Origin: Synechococcaceae cyanobacterium
Lineage (GTDB): Bacteria > Cyanobacteriota > Cyanobacteriia > PCC-6307 > Cyanobiaceae
Length of the DNA: 64,000 nt
Direction: 5' to 3'
NCBI GenBank assembly: GCA_947461705.1
Contig: CANHMF010000001.1
Span: 388-64,387, forward strand
In this document: in pieces, positions 21,324-30,426 of the stretch
Layout of the letters: every line of letters begins with the position of its first letter
How positions within the stretch are numbered: position 1 is the first letter of the stretch
The notes under the pieces: model-generated
The model's database searches: none
What the model was told of the DNA's origin: nothing
What the model saw: the letters and a program-made list of their open reading frames with translations, nothing else
Program-made: the position numbers and the translations under genes

Positions 21324-22564
21324 TGGCGGCCAGCCTCACGGCTCCCATGGCGCTCGCCGACTGGACCCGGCAGTGGCTCAACGGTCTGCCCGTTGCTGAT
21401 GGGCGACTGGCTGCCGTGCAACAGCGGGGCCGTGAGGCCCTGGCTGAACTCCCAGCGCCCTCCAGTCGTCAGGAGGACTGGCGCTTCACTGATCTGAGCC
21501 TGCTGGCGGGTCTGGACACCACCTTGGTCAGCACTCAGGGTGATGCCGACCTGCCTCCAGCCGCCGCTGGTGTCCTGCGGCTGGTGCTGGATGGCCGCAG
21601 CGATCCCTTGGCGGGGGTTGCGCTGCCAGCAGGGCTTGCACCGCTCAGCGATTCCGAGCTTGCCCAGGCCCTTGGCCACACCTTGGCGGCCACGGCTTGC
21701 GAGCACCACTGGCCTGTTGAACTCAACCATGCGGCAGCCCAGCAGGTGTTGGCCCTGCGCGTGGCCAGTCGCTCCCGTATCCACCTGGAGCTGGTGAGCA
21801 CGCAGGCGGCGGGCCTCCTGCCTTTGCGGGTGTTGTTGGTGTTGGAGGAGAAGTCCGAGCTCGAGCTCTGTCAGTTCGCCAGCGCCCGTGGTGCTGGTCT
21901 CACCAGCCTGGTGTTAGAGGCCCATCTGGGTCGTGGTGCCCGCTTGAATCACGGCGTGGTGGCCTTGGGGCGCAACGACGCAGCCCTGCTGGCCCACCTG
22001 GCCATCGAGCAGGAGCCGGAGAGTTCCGTCACCCTCGCCACGGTGGCTGCGGGTTGGGGCCTGGCTCGCTTCGAGCCCCGCATCCGCCAGGTGGATGGCA
22101 GTGCCTCCACCACGCTGAGGGGGCTGCAGGTGGTCGATCACCGTCAGGTGGCCGATACCCACAGCCACATCAGCTTTTCCGGCCCGGAAGGGCAGCTCGA
22201 TCAGCTGCACAAGGCCGTGGCTGCCGGCCAGGGGCGCAGCGTGTTCAACGGGGCTGTGCGTGTGCCCAGGGAAGCCCAGCGCACCAATGCCGCCCAGCTC
22301 AGCCGCACCCTGCTCCTCTCCGATCGCGCCCGCATCGACACCAAGCCGGAGCTGGAGATCGTGGCCGACGATGTGAAGTGCGCCCACGGAGCCACCGTGA
22401 GTTGCCTGCAGACCGACGAGCTGTTCTATCTGCAGAGCCGCGGCATTGCGGCCGATCAGGCTTCAGTTCTGCTCAAGCGGGCCTTCTGCGAAGAGGTGCT
22501 GCGGGACCTGCCCGGTGCCGCCCGCCAGTGGTGCCGCTTCGAACATCTCCTCGCCTCGGCATGA
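21323..22564 (+). CDS. sufD: Fe-S assembly protein SufD
   Basis: [34 protein letters not shown]. Confidence 0.95.
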   Translation: MAASLTAPMALADWTRQWLNGLPVADGRLAAVQQRGREALAELPAPSSRQEDWRFTDLSLLAGLDTTLVSTQGDADLPPAAAGVLRLVLDGRSDPLAGVALPAGLAPLSDSELAQALGHTLAATACEHHWPVELNHAAAQQVLALRVASRSRIHLELVSTQAAGLLPLRVLLVLEEKSELELCQFASARGAGLTSLVLEAHLGRGARLNHGVVALGRNDAALLAHLAIEQEPESSVTLATVAAGWGLARFEPRIRQVDGSASTTLRGLQVVDHRQVADTHSHISFSGPEGQLDQLHKAVAAGQGRSVFNGAVRVPREAQRTNAAQLSRTLLLSDRARIDTKPELEIVADDVKCAHGATVSCLQTDELFYLQSRGIAADQASVLLKRAFCEEVLRDLPGAARQWCRFEHLLASA

Positions 22565-23859
22565 CCAGCACCGTGCCCGCCCATGAGCTGCGCCCTGCCC
22601 TGGAGTTGGCGGAAGCCCCCAACCTGGCGGTGCTCACCCGTCCAGATTTCCCCCTGCTGGCCCAGACCGCCTGCCTGGGGCAGCCCCTGATCTACCTCGA
22701 TCACGCCGCCACCAGTCAGAAGCCGCGGCAGGTGCTCGAGGCGCTGCAGCACTACTACGACCATGACAACGCCAACGTGCACCGTGGTGCCCATCAGCTG
22801 AGTGCTCGGGCCACCGAGGGGTTTGAGGGAGCCCGGGCCAAGACGGCTGCCTTCGTGGGAGCGGCCTCGGCCAATGAGATCGTGTTCACGCGCAACGCCA
22901 GCGAGGCGATCAATCTCGTGGCCCGCAGCTGGGGGGAGGTCAACCTCCAGGCGGGTGATGAGGTGCTGCTCACGGTGATGGAGCACCACAGCAACCTGGT
23001 GCCCTGGCAGCTGTTGGCGGCCCGCACGGGTTGCGTGTTGCGCCATGCAGGCCTCACCCCGTCCGGTGAGCTCGACCTTGAAGATCTGCGCAGCAAGCTG
23101 AATGAGCGCACCAAGTTGGTGAGCCTGGTGCAGGTGAGCAACACGCTCGGCTGTCTCAACCCGATCGCGGCGATTGCCGCCCTGGCCCACGGGGCCGGGG
23201 CGCTGTTGCTGGTGGATGCCTGCCAGAGCCTGCCCCACTTGCCGATTGATGTGGCCCAGCTGGGCGCCGATTTCCTGGTGGGAAGTTCCCACAAACTCTG
23301 CGGTCCCACGGGCATGGGTTTCCTGTGGGGCCGGGAAACGCTGCTGGAGGCGATGCCGCCCTTCCTGGGTGGTGGCGAAATGATCCAGGACGTCTACCTG
23401 GACCACAGCACCTGGGCGGGTTTGCCCCACAAGTTCGAGGCCGGCACCCCGGCCATCGGTGAGGCCATCGGCATGGGGGCGGCCCTGGACTACCTCGCGG
23501 CGATTGGTGTGGATCGCATTCATGCCTGGGAGCAGCAGCTCACCCGCCAGCTGTTTGAGCGCCTTCAGGCGATGGATGGTCTGCAGATCTTGGGCCCAAC
23601 CCCCCACCAGCAACCGGATCGCGGTGCCCTGGCGGCCTTCCATGTGGAGGGTGTGCATGCCAACGACATCGCGGCCCTGCTCGATTCAGCCGGCATCTGC
23701 ATCCGCAGTGGTCACCACTGCACCCAGCCCCTGCACCGCCACTACGGCCTGAGTGCGTCAGCCCGGGCCAGCCTCAGCTTCACCACCACCCCTGAGGAAA
23801 TCGATCGGTTTGCCGAGGAGCTCCAGGGCAGCATTCAGTTCCTGCGGGAGCACAGCTGA
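22561..23859 (+). CDS. sufS: Cysteine desulfurase SufS
   Basis: ATGA overlap with sufD; YLDHAATSQKP, SSHKLCGPTG, IRSGHHCTQP. Confidence 0.96.
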   Translation: MTSTVPAHELRPALELAEAPNLAVLTRPDFPLLAQTACLGQPLIYLDHAATSQKPRQVLEALQHYYDHDNANVHRGAHQLSARATEGFEGARAKTAAFVGAASANEIVFTRNASEAINLVARSWGEVNLQAGDEVLLTVMEHHSNLVPWQLLAARTGCVLRHAGLTPSGELDLEDLRSKLNERTKLVSLVQVSNTLGCLNPIAAIAALAHGAGALLLVDACQSLPHLPIDVAQLGADFLVGSSHKLCGPTGMGFLWGRETLLEAMPPFLGGGEMIQDVYLDHSTWAGLPHKFEAGTPAIGEAIGMGAALDYLAAIGVDRIHAWEQQLTRQLFERLQAMDGLQILGPTPHQQPDRGALAAFHVEGVHANDIAALLDSAGICIRSGHHCTQPLHRHYGLSASARASLSFTTTPEEIDRFAEELQGSIQFLREHS

Positions 23860-23875
23860 GGCGCCAAGCGTTCCC

Positions 23876-24607
23876 TCAGGCTGCCTGCAGCACGGCCATG
23901 GCCTCGGCCTGGTGGGCTCCCTGCCAGGCCCAGTGCCAGCGCCAACCGGCCGCTTCTGCAGCCGCGGCGATGGCGGCGCGGTCCGCGGGGATGTCGAAGC
24001 GGCTCAGATGGCTGATCACGTGCTCTTGCTGCTCGGCCGTGAGCTGGGGCCAGCCCTGCTGGATGCGCTGGGTGTATCGCGCCACGTAGGCCTCCCGGCT
24101 CTCCCCGGGTTCGCGAAACACATCGACCCAGATGAACAGGGCGCCGGGGCTCATGCGCGTTCGCGCCGCCTGCAGAAATGTCAGCTTGGCGGGATCGTCC
24201 AGGTGGTGGATCGCAAAGGCCGAATGCAGGATGTCGGTGGTTGGCGGTGCAGCGCCGCCTCCACTGCCGCGATCGAGATGGCCCTGGGCCCAGGCCAGCA
24301 GATCGCCCTCCAGCCAGTGGGTGGCGTAGGGGACACTCCCCAGGGCCTGCTGCGCCATCGGCAGCACCACCGCCGCCTGATCGAGGCCGGTGTAAGAGCC
24401 CAGGGGCAGTCGCTGCAGCAGGGGTGCCAGCAGGGCCAGGTCGCCGCAGCCCAGGTCCACCAGCCGCGGGGCGGCGGCGTCAGCGGGGCGAGCTGCTAGC
24501 CAGGAATCGAGGGCCGTGGCTGTGGCGCTGGCCACGGCCCGATGTTCCATCAGGTCGTGCTCCACCACCGCTCGGTAGGAGCTCCACTGCCGCTGGAAGA
24601 AATCCAT
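23876..24607 (-). CDS. Class I SAM-dependent methyltransferase
   Basis: Start MDFFQRQW; LVDLGCGD, YTGLD, FAIHHL. Confidence 0.85.
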   Translation of the reverse strand: MDFFQRQWSSYRAVVEHDLMEHRAVASATATALDSWLAARPADAAAPRLVDLGCGDLALLAPLLQRLPLGSYTGLDQAAVVLPMAQQALGSVPYATHWLEGDLLAWAQGHLDRGSGGGAAPPTTDILHSAFAIHHLDDPAKLTFLQAARTRMSPGALFIWVDVFREPGESREAYVARYTQRIQQGWPQLTAEQQEHVISHLSRFDIPADRAAIAAAAEAAGWRWHWAWQGAHQAEAMAVLQAA

Positions 24608-24656
24608 CACCCCTCGGTTGGTGCCGCCATCCTCCTGGAGCAGCGTGGCAGGGGAC

Positions 24657-25625
24657 TCAGCCGGGTTCGTCCCATAGGGTCTCGCGGTTGTAGGGCCCAC
24701 CCGGCAGCTCCCAGATGCTGCCATCGCCAAAGCGGTGCTGCCGATCCAGGGCGGCGATCTGGGCTAGCTCGGGCGGGGTGAGGCGCAGCTGGGCCGCGGC
24801 CAGGTTCGCGGCCAGCCGCTCGCGCTGCACCGACTTGGGAATCACCGCCGTGCCTGTGGCGATGCCCCAGGCCAGCAGCACCTGGGCGGGGCTGGCTCCC
24901 TGAGCCGCGGCGATCTGGCGGATCACGGGTTCGCTCAGCAGCGGTGTGGGACCGCCTGCTGCCGGTGAGCCCAGGGGCGAGTAGGCCGTGATGGCGATGC
25001 CCTGGCGGCGGCAGAACTCCAGCAAGGCGTTTTGCTGCAGCCAGGGGTGGCGTTCCACCTGGTTCATCGCCGGCTTGATGCGGCAGCTGGGCAAGAGGCC
25101 CTCGAGTGTGCTGGCGCTGCAGTTGGACACTCCGATCTGGCGCACCAGGCCCGCCTCCACCAGGGCTTCCATGGCGGCCCAGGTGGCGCTCAGGGGCAGT
25201 TGTTCCAGCGCGATCTGGTCGGCTGCGCTGCTGGGCATCAGGACGCCATGGCGGTGTGCCACTGGCCAGTGGATCAGGTACAGATCCAGCTGCTCCAGCT
25301 GCAGGTCGGAGAGGGTCTGCTCCAGGGCCGGTCGTACCTGCTCTGGGGCGTGGCAGTCGTTCCAGAGTTTGGAGGTGATCCACAGCGCTTCCCGGGTCAC
25401 GAGCCCGCTGGCCTGCGCGGCTGCCAGGGCGGCGCCCACCTCGGCCTCGTTGCCGTAGATCGAGGCGCAGTCGATGTGGCGGTAGCCCAGTTCGAGAGCG
25501 GTACGCACCGCCGCCCCTACCTCACCGGTGGCGGCCTTCCAGGTGCCCAGTCCCAGGGCGGGCATGACGGCGCCGCTCGCCAGGGTGATCGAGGGGACGA
25601 AAGACACAGGGGCCAGCTCGCGCAA
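24657..25625 (-). CDS. Aldo/keto reductase
   Basis: LGLGTW, GYRHIDCA.IYGNE, ITSKLWN, LDLYLIHWP, IGVSN, VIPKS. Confidence 0.95.
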   Translation of the reverse strand: MRELAPVSFVPSITLASGAVMPALGLGTWKAATGEVGAAVRTALELGYRHIDCASIYGNEAEVGAALAAAQASGLVTREALWITSKLWNDCHAPEQVRPALEQTLSDLQLEQLDLYLIHWPVAHRHGVLMPSSAADQIALEQLPLSATWAAMEALVEAGLVRQIGVSNCSASTLEGLLPSCRIKPAMNQVERHPWLQQNALLEFCRRQGIAITAYSPLGSPAAGGPTPLLSEPVIRQIAAAQGASPAQVLLAWGIATGTAVIPKSVQRERLAANLAAAQLRLTPPELAQIAALDRQHRFGDGSIWELPGGPYNRETLWDEPG

Positions 25626-25667
25626 GTCAGTACCACCATGCTGCGCTCAGGGCGTTGTTGTCGCTCG

Positions 25668-26501
25668 CTATTGGCCGTGGTTTGGGCGGCCAGCCTGCGG
25701 CTTCTGGGCTCGTGCCTGGTAGATACTGAGGCTGATGGCGGCGCCTGGGCGCTCGGCCAGCTGGGCCAAGCGGTCGTGGCCGCTGTGGATCAGCGCGGCC
25801 TCGGCGGCTGTGCCGGCGGCGCTCTCCAGTGCCGCCAGTTCCGGGGTGATGAATCCCAGCAGGTAGCTGCAGAACGCCTGCAGCTGCAGGCGCTGCCCAC
25901 GACACCAGTGGTGAATCCCCACCATCGTGACGGCGACGCCGGTGAAACCCGCTTGCTCCAGCAGCGGGCCCAGCTGGGGGCCAGCATGGGCATTGCCGTG
26001 GCGATTGAAGTGGGTCACAAACGCCGCCAGCAGCGCTTCGATCGCTGTGTCGGCCGGCACGACCCGCAAGGAGCTGTAGTCGGTTTCGGTGAGGTGGATG
26101 CTGCCACCGGGCCGCAGCACCCGCAGCGCTTCGGCCAGCACCGGCTGCGGATCGGCTAGGTGCTCGATCACCCACACCAGCCGCACCCGGTCCATGTGGC
26201 CGTCGGGCCAGGGCAGGGCGGCGCCATTCCCCACCACCAGGTCGATGCCAGCCAGCTCTTGGCCTGCCAGGTGCTGCCGGGCCCCATCGATTTGCTCGGG
26301 GCTGATGTCGATGCCGCAGAGTTGTGCCTCGGGATGGGCCCTGGCGATGCCAGCCAGCACGGCCCCCACGCCACAGCCGATTTCGAGGAGCCGCTCGCCG
26401 GGGTGCAGCTCCAGGTTGGCGGCCAGCAGCCCATCGAACCGCTCGGCCTGGTCGATCAGTCGCTGCTGCTCGCGCGGGCTGGTGCCGTGGATGTAGGTCA
26501 T
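25668..26501 (-). CDS. Class I SAM-dependent methyltransferase
   Basis: Start MTYIHG overlapping amine oxidase stop (ATGA); LLEIGCGVG, RVLRPGG. Confidence 0.9.
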   Translation of the reverse strand: MTYIHGTSPREQQRLIDQAERFDGLLAANLELHPGERLLEIGCGVGAVLAGIARAHPEAQLCGIDISPEQIDGARQHLAGQELAGIDLVVGNGAALPWPDGHMDRVRLVWVIEHLADPQPVLAEALRVLRPGGSIHLTETDYSSLRVVPADTAIEALLAAFVTHFNRHGNAHAGPQLGPLLEQAGFTGVAVTMVGIHHWCRGQRLQLQAFCSYLLGFITPELAALESAAGTAAEAALIHSGHDRLAQLAERPGAAISLSIYQARAQKPQAGRPNHGQ

Positions 26502-27907
26502 CGCTGCTGCACCGCGGCGGCAGCCCGCTCGCCGGCCTCGATCGCGCCTTCGAAGTAGCCCGGCCAGCGCGGTGACATCTCGGTGCCGGCCCAGTGCACC
26601 CGGCCATGGGTCGCTGGGCCGGGTCCACCCTGGTCGCCGGCCGCCAGGCGGGCGTGGCTGGTCCAGGTGCCGGGGGTCACAAAGCTGGTGAACGCCCCGC
26701 CGCTCCAGGGTTCGGCGTTCCAGGGCTGCTCGATCACTTCCAGGGGGGTGGCGGCTTCGGGTCCCCAGTAGGCCACCAAGTCGTCCAGGATCCGTTGCTG
26801 GCGCTCCTGTGCCGGCAGCGCCCCCACGCGCAGGGCCCGCTCGCCGGCCAGAAAGCTGGCCAAGACCGCTGGCTGCCCCTCTGGAGGGCTGCTGTCGGCG
26901 GTGAGTTCCAGGGCCGGTCGATCGCCGATACCCAGGCCATTGAGGCCCTGCTCGCGCCAGAAGGGGCGGGCGTACACGGCCAGCACTTTGGTCATGGTGC
27001 CCATCGGTGAGCGCTGCAGCAGGGCCCGGTGGGCGGCTGGCAGGGGTGGGTCCAGGTGGATGGCCAGGCGCAGCTGGGGTGGCACCGCCACAACCGCCGC
27101 CCGGGCCTGGTAGGCGGCGCCGCCAGCGGTGACGACGGTGACGCCGCCCCCGTTCTGGCGGATCGCCACGACCGCCTGCCCCAGCTGCACACAATCCGGA
27201 TCGCCGGCCTGTAGGGCCTCAACCAGCAGCGGCGGCACCTGGCCCGCCCCGCCCCGCACCAGCCAGGCTTCGGGGCTCTCGGCCTGGGGCGCCACCGCCT
27301 GGCTCCAGGCCAGATGCAGGATCGAGGCTTCCCAGGGTTCAAAGCCGCCGGAGCCTCCCACCCGGCACAGCCACGCGAGCGGCAGCCGCGCCAGCTTGTG
27401 GCTGCTCCGTTCCGCCGCCCATTGGGCAACGCTGAGCCGATCCAGCCGCTCGGCGTCGGCGGTGCGCCACGGTTGCCGCGGGTCCACCTGGGCCACCAGC
27501 TGGGCAAAGGCCTGCTGGAGCTCCAGGGTGGCGGCTAGCTCGGCTGCGGGCAGATCGAGCTGCTGCGGCTCAAAGAACAGCAGGCTCTCCCCAAAGCCAT
27601 GGGCCAGGGGGGCCTGCCGGGCTCGCCCCTGCCAGTGCAGGACGCCGTCGCCGTCGTAGTGGCTCGGGTAGGTGTCAAGGGCCAGCTCGCCGAGCAAGGC
27701 CGCGAAGCGGTGGTGGCTGGCTCCACCCCACTGGCCGCCCAGATCCACAACGCCACCGTTCTGGAGGCTGTGGCTGAGCATGCGCCCCCCTACCCGCTCG
27801 CGGGCTTCCAGAACCCGCACGCGCAGGCCCTCCTGTTGCAGCCGCCTCGCCGTCACCAGCCCCGAGAGGCCGGCGCCCACCACCACCACGTCCACTGCGG
27901 TCACCAT
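26498..27907 (-). CDS. Flavin monoamine oxidase family protein
   Basis: VVGAGLSG, EARERVGGR, DLGGQW, HWAGTE...GYFEGAIEAGERAA. Confidence 0.92.
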   Translation of the reverse strand: MVTAVDVVVVGAGLSGLVTARRLQQEGLRVRVLEARERVGGRMLSHSLQNGGVVDLGGQWGGASHHRFAALLGELALDTYPSHYDGDGVLHWQGRARQAPLAHGFGESLLFFEPQQLDLPAAELAATLELQQAFAQLVAQVDPRQPWRTADAERLDRLSVAQWAAERSSHKLARLPLAWLCRVGGSGGFEPWEASILHLAWSQAVAPQAESPEAWLVRGGAGQVPPLLVEALQAGDPDCVQLGQAVVAIRQNGGGVTVVTAGGAAYQARAAVVAVPPQLRLAIHLDPPLPAAHRALLQRSPMGTMTKVLAVYARPFWREQGLNGLGIGDRPALELTADSSPPEGQPAVLASFLAGERALRVGALPAQERQQRILDDLVAYWGPEAATPLEVIEQPWNAEPWSGGAFTSFVTPGTWTSHARLAAGDQGGPGPATHGRVHWAGTEMSPRWPGYFEGAIEAGERAAAAVQQR

Positions 27908-27915
27908 GGCCTTGA

Positions 27916-28482
27916 TTGCCCTTTCGCCCTGCGCTCACCTTGACCAGCTCCAGCGCCAACGCAAGCTTGTTTCTGGTGGTGCTGGGCGGCCGCACGGCCC
28001 AGAGCACCATCGAGCTGCACGATGTGCGCTTCGTGGCCGGCTGCAGCATCGACGACACCCTGCCGGAGCTGCGGCGCCAGTGGTTCGGGAGGCGCGAGGG
28101 CCTGCACCTGGATGCCTACATGGCGGTGCGGGCGGTGGATGGCTGGGCGGTGCGCCTCGGGAGCGAGCCTGCCGCGCCCCGGCCCGAGCGGCTGTGGTTC
28201 GTGAACCTGGGCGCCTACCGTCCCGATTCCCTGGCCGAGCTGCACCACTTCGGCCTGGTGGTGGCCCGATCCCCGCAGGCGGCCAAGGCGGCGGCCAAGC
28301 GGCAGTGGCTGCGTGGGGCCTTGCAGCAGCACAAGGACGATCTGTGTGCCGTGGACGATTGCCTGGCGATTGAGCAGCTGGAACTGTTGGGCGGTGAGCG
28401 CTGGCATGTGCAGCTGGAGCCCCACCCCGAGGGTCTCAGCCAGAGCCAGGTGCCCGATTGGTTCGGCTACCGGCCGATCTGA
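27916..28482 (+). CDS. DUF1543 domain protein (start uncertain)
   Basis: LFLVVLGGR...[23 protein letters not shown]...ELH, HKDDL.AVDD. Confidence 0.85.
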   Translation: MPFRPALTLTSSSANASLFLVVLGGRTAQSTIELHDVRFVAGCSIDDTLPELRRQWFGRREGLHLDAYMAVRAVDGWAVRLGSEPAAPRPERLWFVNLGAYRPDSLAELHHFGLVVARSPQAAKAAAKRQWLRGALQQHKDDLCAVDDCLAIEQLELLGGERWHVQLEPHPEGLSQSQVPDWFGYRPI

Positions 28483-28527
28483 GTGGGCGGCAGGGGGCGC
28501 TGTGGTGCCCGCTGCACACTCTCGAAA

Positions 28528-28546
28528 TCTGTACAGGCTGTACAGA
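28528..28546. promoter_or_regulatory. 19-bp palindrome upstream of mtnA (putative operator)
   Basis: TCTGTACAG-G-CTGTACAGA. Confidence 0.55.
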
Positions 28547-28649
28547 ATCTCTGGCAGTCCATTCCCCGATGGTCTCGATCCCAGCCAGGCGGCTTGCAGG
28601 CCCCTCCTCCAGGGATGATCAACGGCAGATCCGGTTTCCACCCGTAGCC

Positions 28650-29762
28650 ATGAACATCGACGGCAAGGCCTGGCGCACGATCTGGCTGGAGCCCGATGGC
28701 CGTTCGGTAGGCGTGATCGACCAGACCCGGCTGCCCCACCAGTTCACAACGCGCACCCTGCGCAGCTGTGAGGAGGCCGCCGAGGCGATTCGCACGATGG
28801 TGGTGCGGGGCGCGCCGCTGATCGGCGTCACCGGCGCCTACGGGCTGATGTTGGCCCTGCAGGCCGATGACAGCGATGCCTCCCTGGCGGCGTCCTTCGA
28901 GCTGCTCAATGCCACCCGGCCCACCGCGATCAACCTGCGCTGGGCCCTGGAGCGGGTGCGCGCCAAGGTGGAGCCGCTGCCGCCGGCCGAGCGGGCCGAG
29001 GCGGCCAGGCTGGAGGCCGCGGCGATCGCCGATGAGGACGTGGCCATGTGCGAGGCCATCGGCGAGCACGGCCTGGCGATCTTCCAGCAGCTGGCGGCGG
29101 CCCGGCCCCCCGAGCGACAGAGTGAGCCCTTCCAGGTGCTCACCCACTGCAACGCCGGCTGGCTGGCCACGGTGGACTGGGGCACGGCCCTGGCGCCGAT
29201 CTACAAGGCCCACCGCGCCGGGCTGAACATCCATGTGTGGGTGGATGAAACGCGCCCCCGCAACCAGGGTGCCTCGCTCACGGCCTATGAGCTGGGCCGC
29301 GAAGGCGTGCCCCACACCGTGATCGTGGACAACGCCGGCGGCCACCTGATGCAGCACGGCCAGGTGGATGCGGTGATCGTGGGCACCGACCGCACCACCC
29401 GCAGCGGCGACGTGTGCAACAAGATCGGCACTTACCTCAAGGCCCTGGCCGCCCACGACAACGGCGTGCCCTTCTATGTGGCCCTGCCCGCCTCCACGAT
29501 CGACTGGACCATCGCCGATGGCGTGGCTGAGATCCCGATCGAAGCCCGCAGTGCTGCCGAGGTGACCCACATCCAGGGCCGTATCGCCAGCGGGCCTGCT
29601 GCCGGGGAGATCGCCAGCGTGCAGCTCACCCCTGATGGCAGTGATGGGTTCAACCCCGCCTTCGATGTGACCCCGGCCCGTCTGGTGACGGCCCTGATCA
29701 CCGAGCGGGGCGTTGCAGCCGCCAGCGAGCAGGGCCTCCAGGGCCTGTACGGCGATGACTGA
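28650..29762 (+). CDS. mtnA: S-methyl-5-thioribose-1-phosphate isomerase
   Basis: [55 protein letters not shown]. Confidence 0.95.
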   Translation: MNIDGKAWRTIWLEPDGRSVGVIDQTRLPHQFTTRTLRSCEEAAEAIRTMVVRGAPLIGVTGAYGLMLALQADDSDASLAASFELLNATRPTAINLRWALERVRAKVEPLPPAERAEAARLEAAAIADEDVAMCEAIGEHGLAIFQQLAAARPPERQSEPFQVLTHCNAGWLATVDWGTALAPIYKAHRAGLNIHVWVDETRPRNQGASLTAYELGREGVPHTVIVDNAGGHLMQHGQVDAVIVGTDRTTRSGDVCNKIGTYLKALAAHDNGVPFYVALPASTIDWTIADGVAEIPIEARSAAEVTHIQGRIASGPAAGEIASVQLTPDGSDGFNPAFDVTPARLVTALITERGVAAASEQGLQGLYGDD

Positions 29763-30426
29763 GCAAGCGCTGCGTGTGCAGATGGTGGCGGTGGCCCGGC
29801 GCATGAATGCCTCGGGCATTAACCAGGGCACCTCCGGCAACCTCTCGGCCCGCATTCCCGGGGGGTTTCTGATCACCCCCACCTCCCTGCCCTACGAGCA
29901 GATGCAGCCCGAGGATCTGGTGGCGATGGATGGCGCGGGACACCACAGTGGCCCGCGGCGGCCGTCGTCGGAGTGGCAGCTCCACGCCGACATCCTGCGC
30001 TGCCGCCCGGAGATCCAGGCGGTGCTGCATTGCCATTCCATCCAGGCCACGGCGCTGGCCTGCCATGGCCGTGGCATCCCCCCCTTCCACTACATGACGG
30101 CCGTCGCCGGGGGCGATGACATCCGCTGCGCCCCCTACGCCACCTTTGGCACGGCGGAGCTCTCGGGCCTGGCGGTGGAGGCCCTGCAGGATCGCCTGGC
30201 CTGCCTGCTGGCTCAGCACGGCCAGGTGGCCCTGGGGAGCAGCCTTGATCAGGCCCTGCGGATCGCCATCGAGGTGGAAACGCTGGCCCAGATGTATCTG
30301 CAGGCGCTGCAGCTGGGTGAGCCCCCGCTGCTGAGTTCGGAGCAGATGGCCGCAGTACATGACCAGTTCCGCACCTTGTGTTACGGGGCGGGGGCGGCCA
30401 GTGCGGCTAGGTCGCCTCAGGTTTAA
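29755..30426 (+). CDS. Class II aldolase (FucA-like; probable 5-methylthio/5-deoxy-ribulose-1-P aldolase)
   Basis: [33 protein letters not shown]; overlaps mtnA end. Confidence 0.88.
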   Translation: MTEQALRVQMVAVARRMNASGINQGTSGNLSARIPGGFLITPTSLPYEQMQPEDLVAMDGAGHHSGPRRPSSEWQLHADILRCRPEIQAVLHCHSIQATALACHGRGIPPFHYMTAVAGGDDIRCAPYATFGTAELSGLAVEALQDRLACLLAQHGQVALGSSLDQALRIAIEVETLAQMYLQALQLGEPPLLSSEQMAAVHDQFRTLCYGAGAASAARSPQV

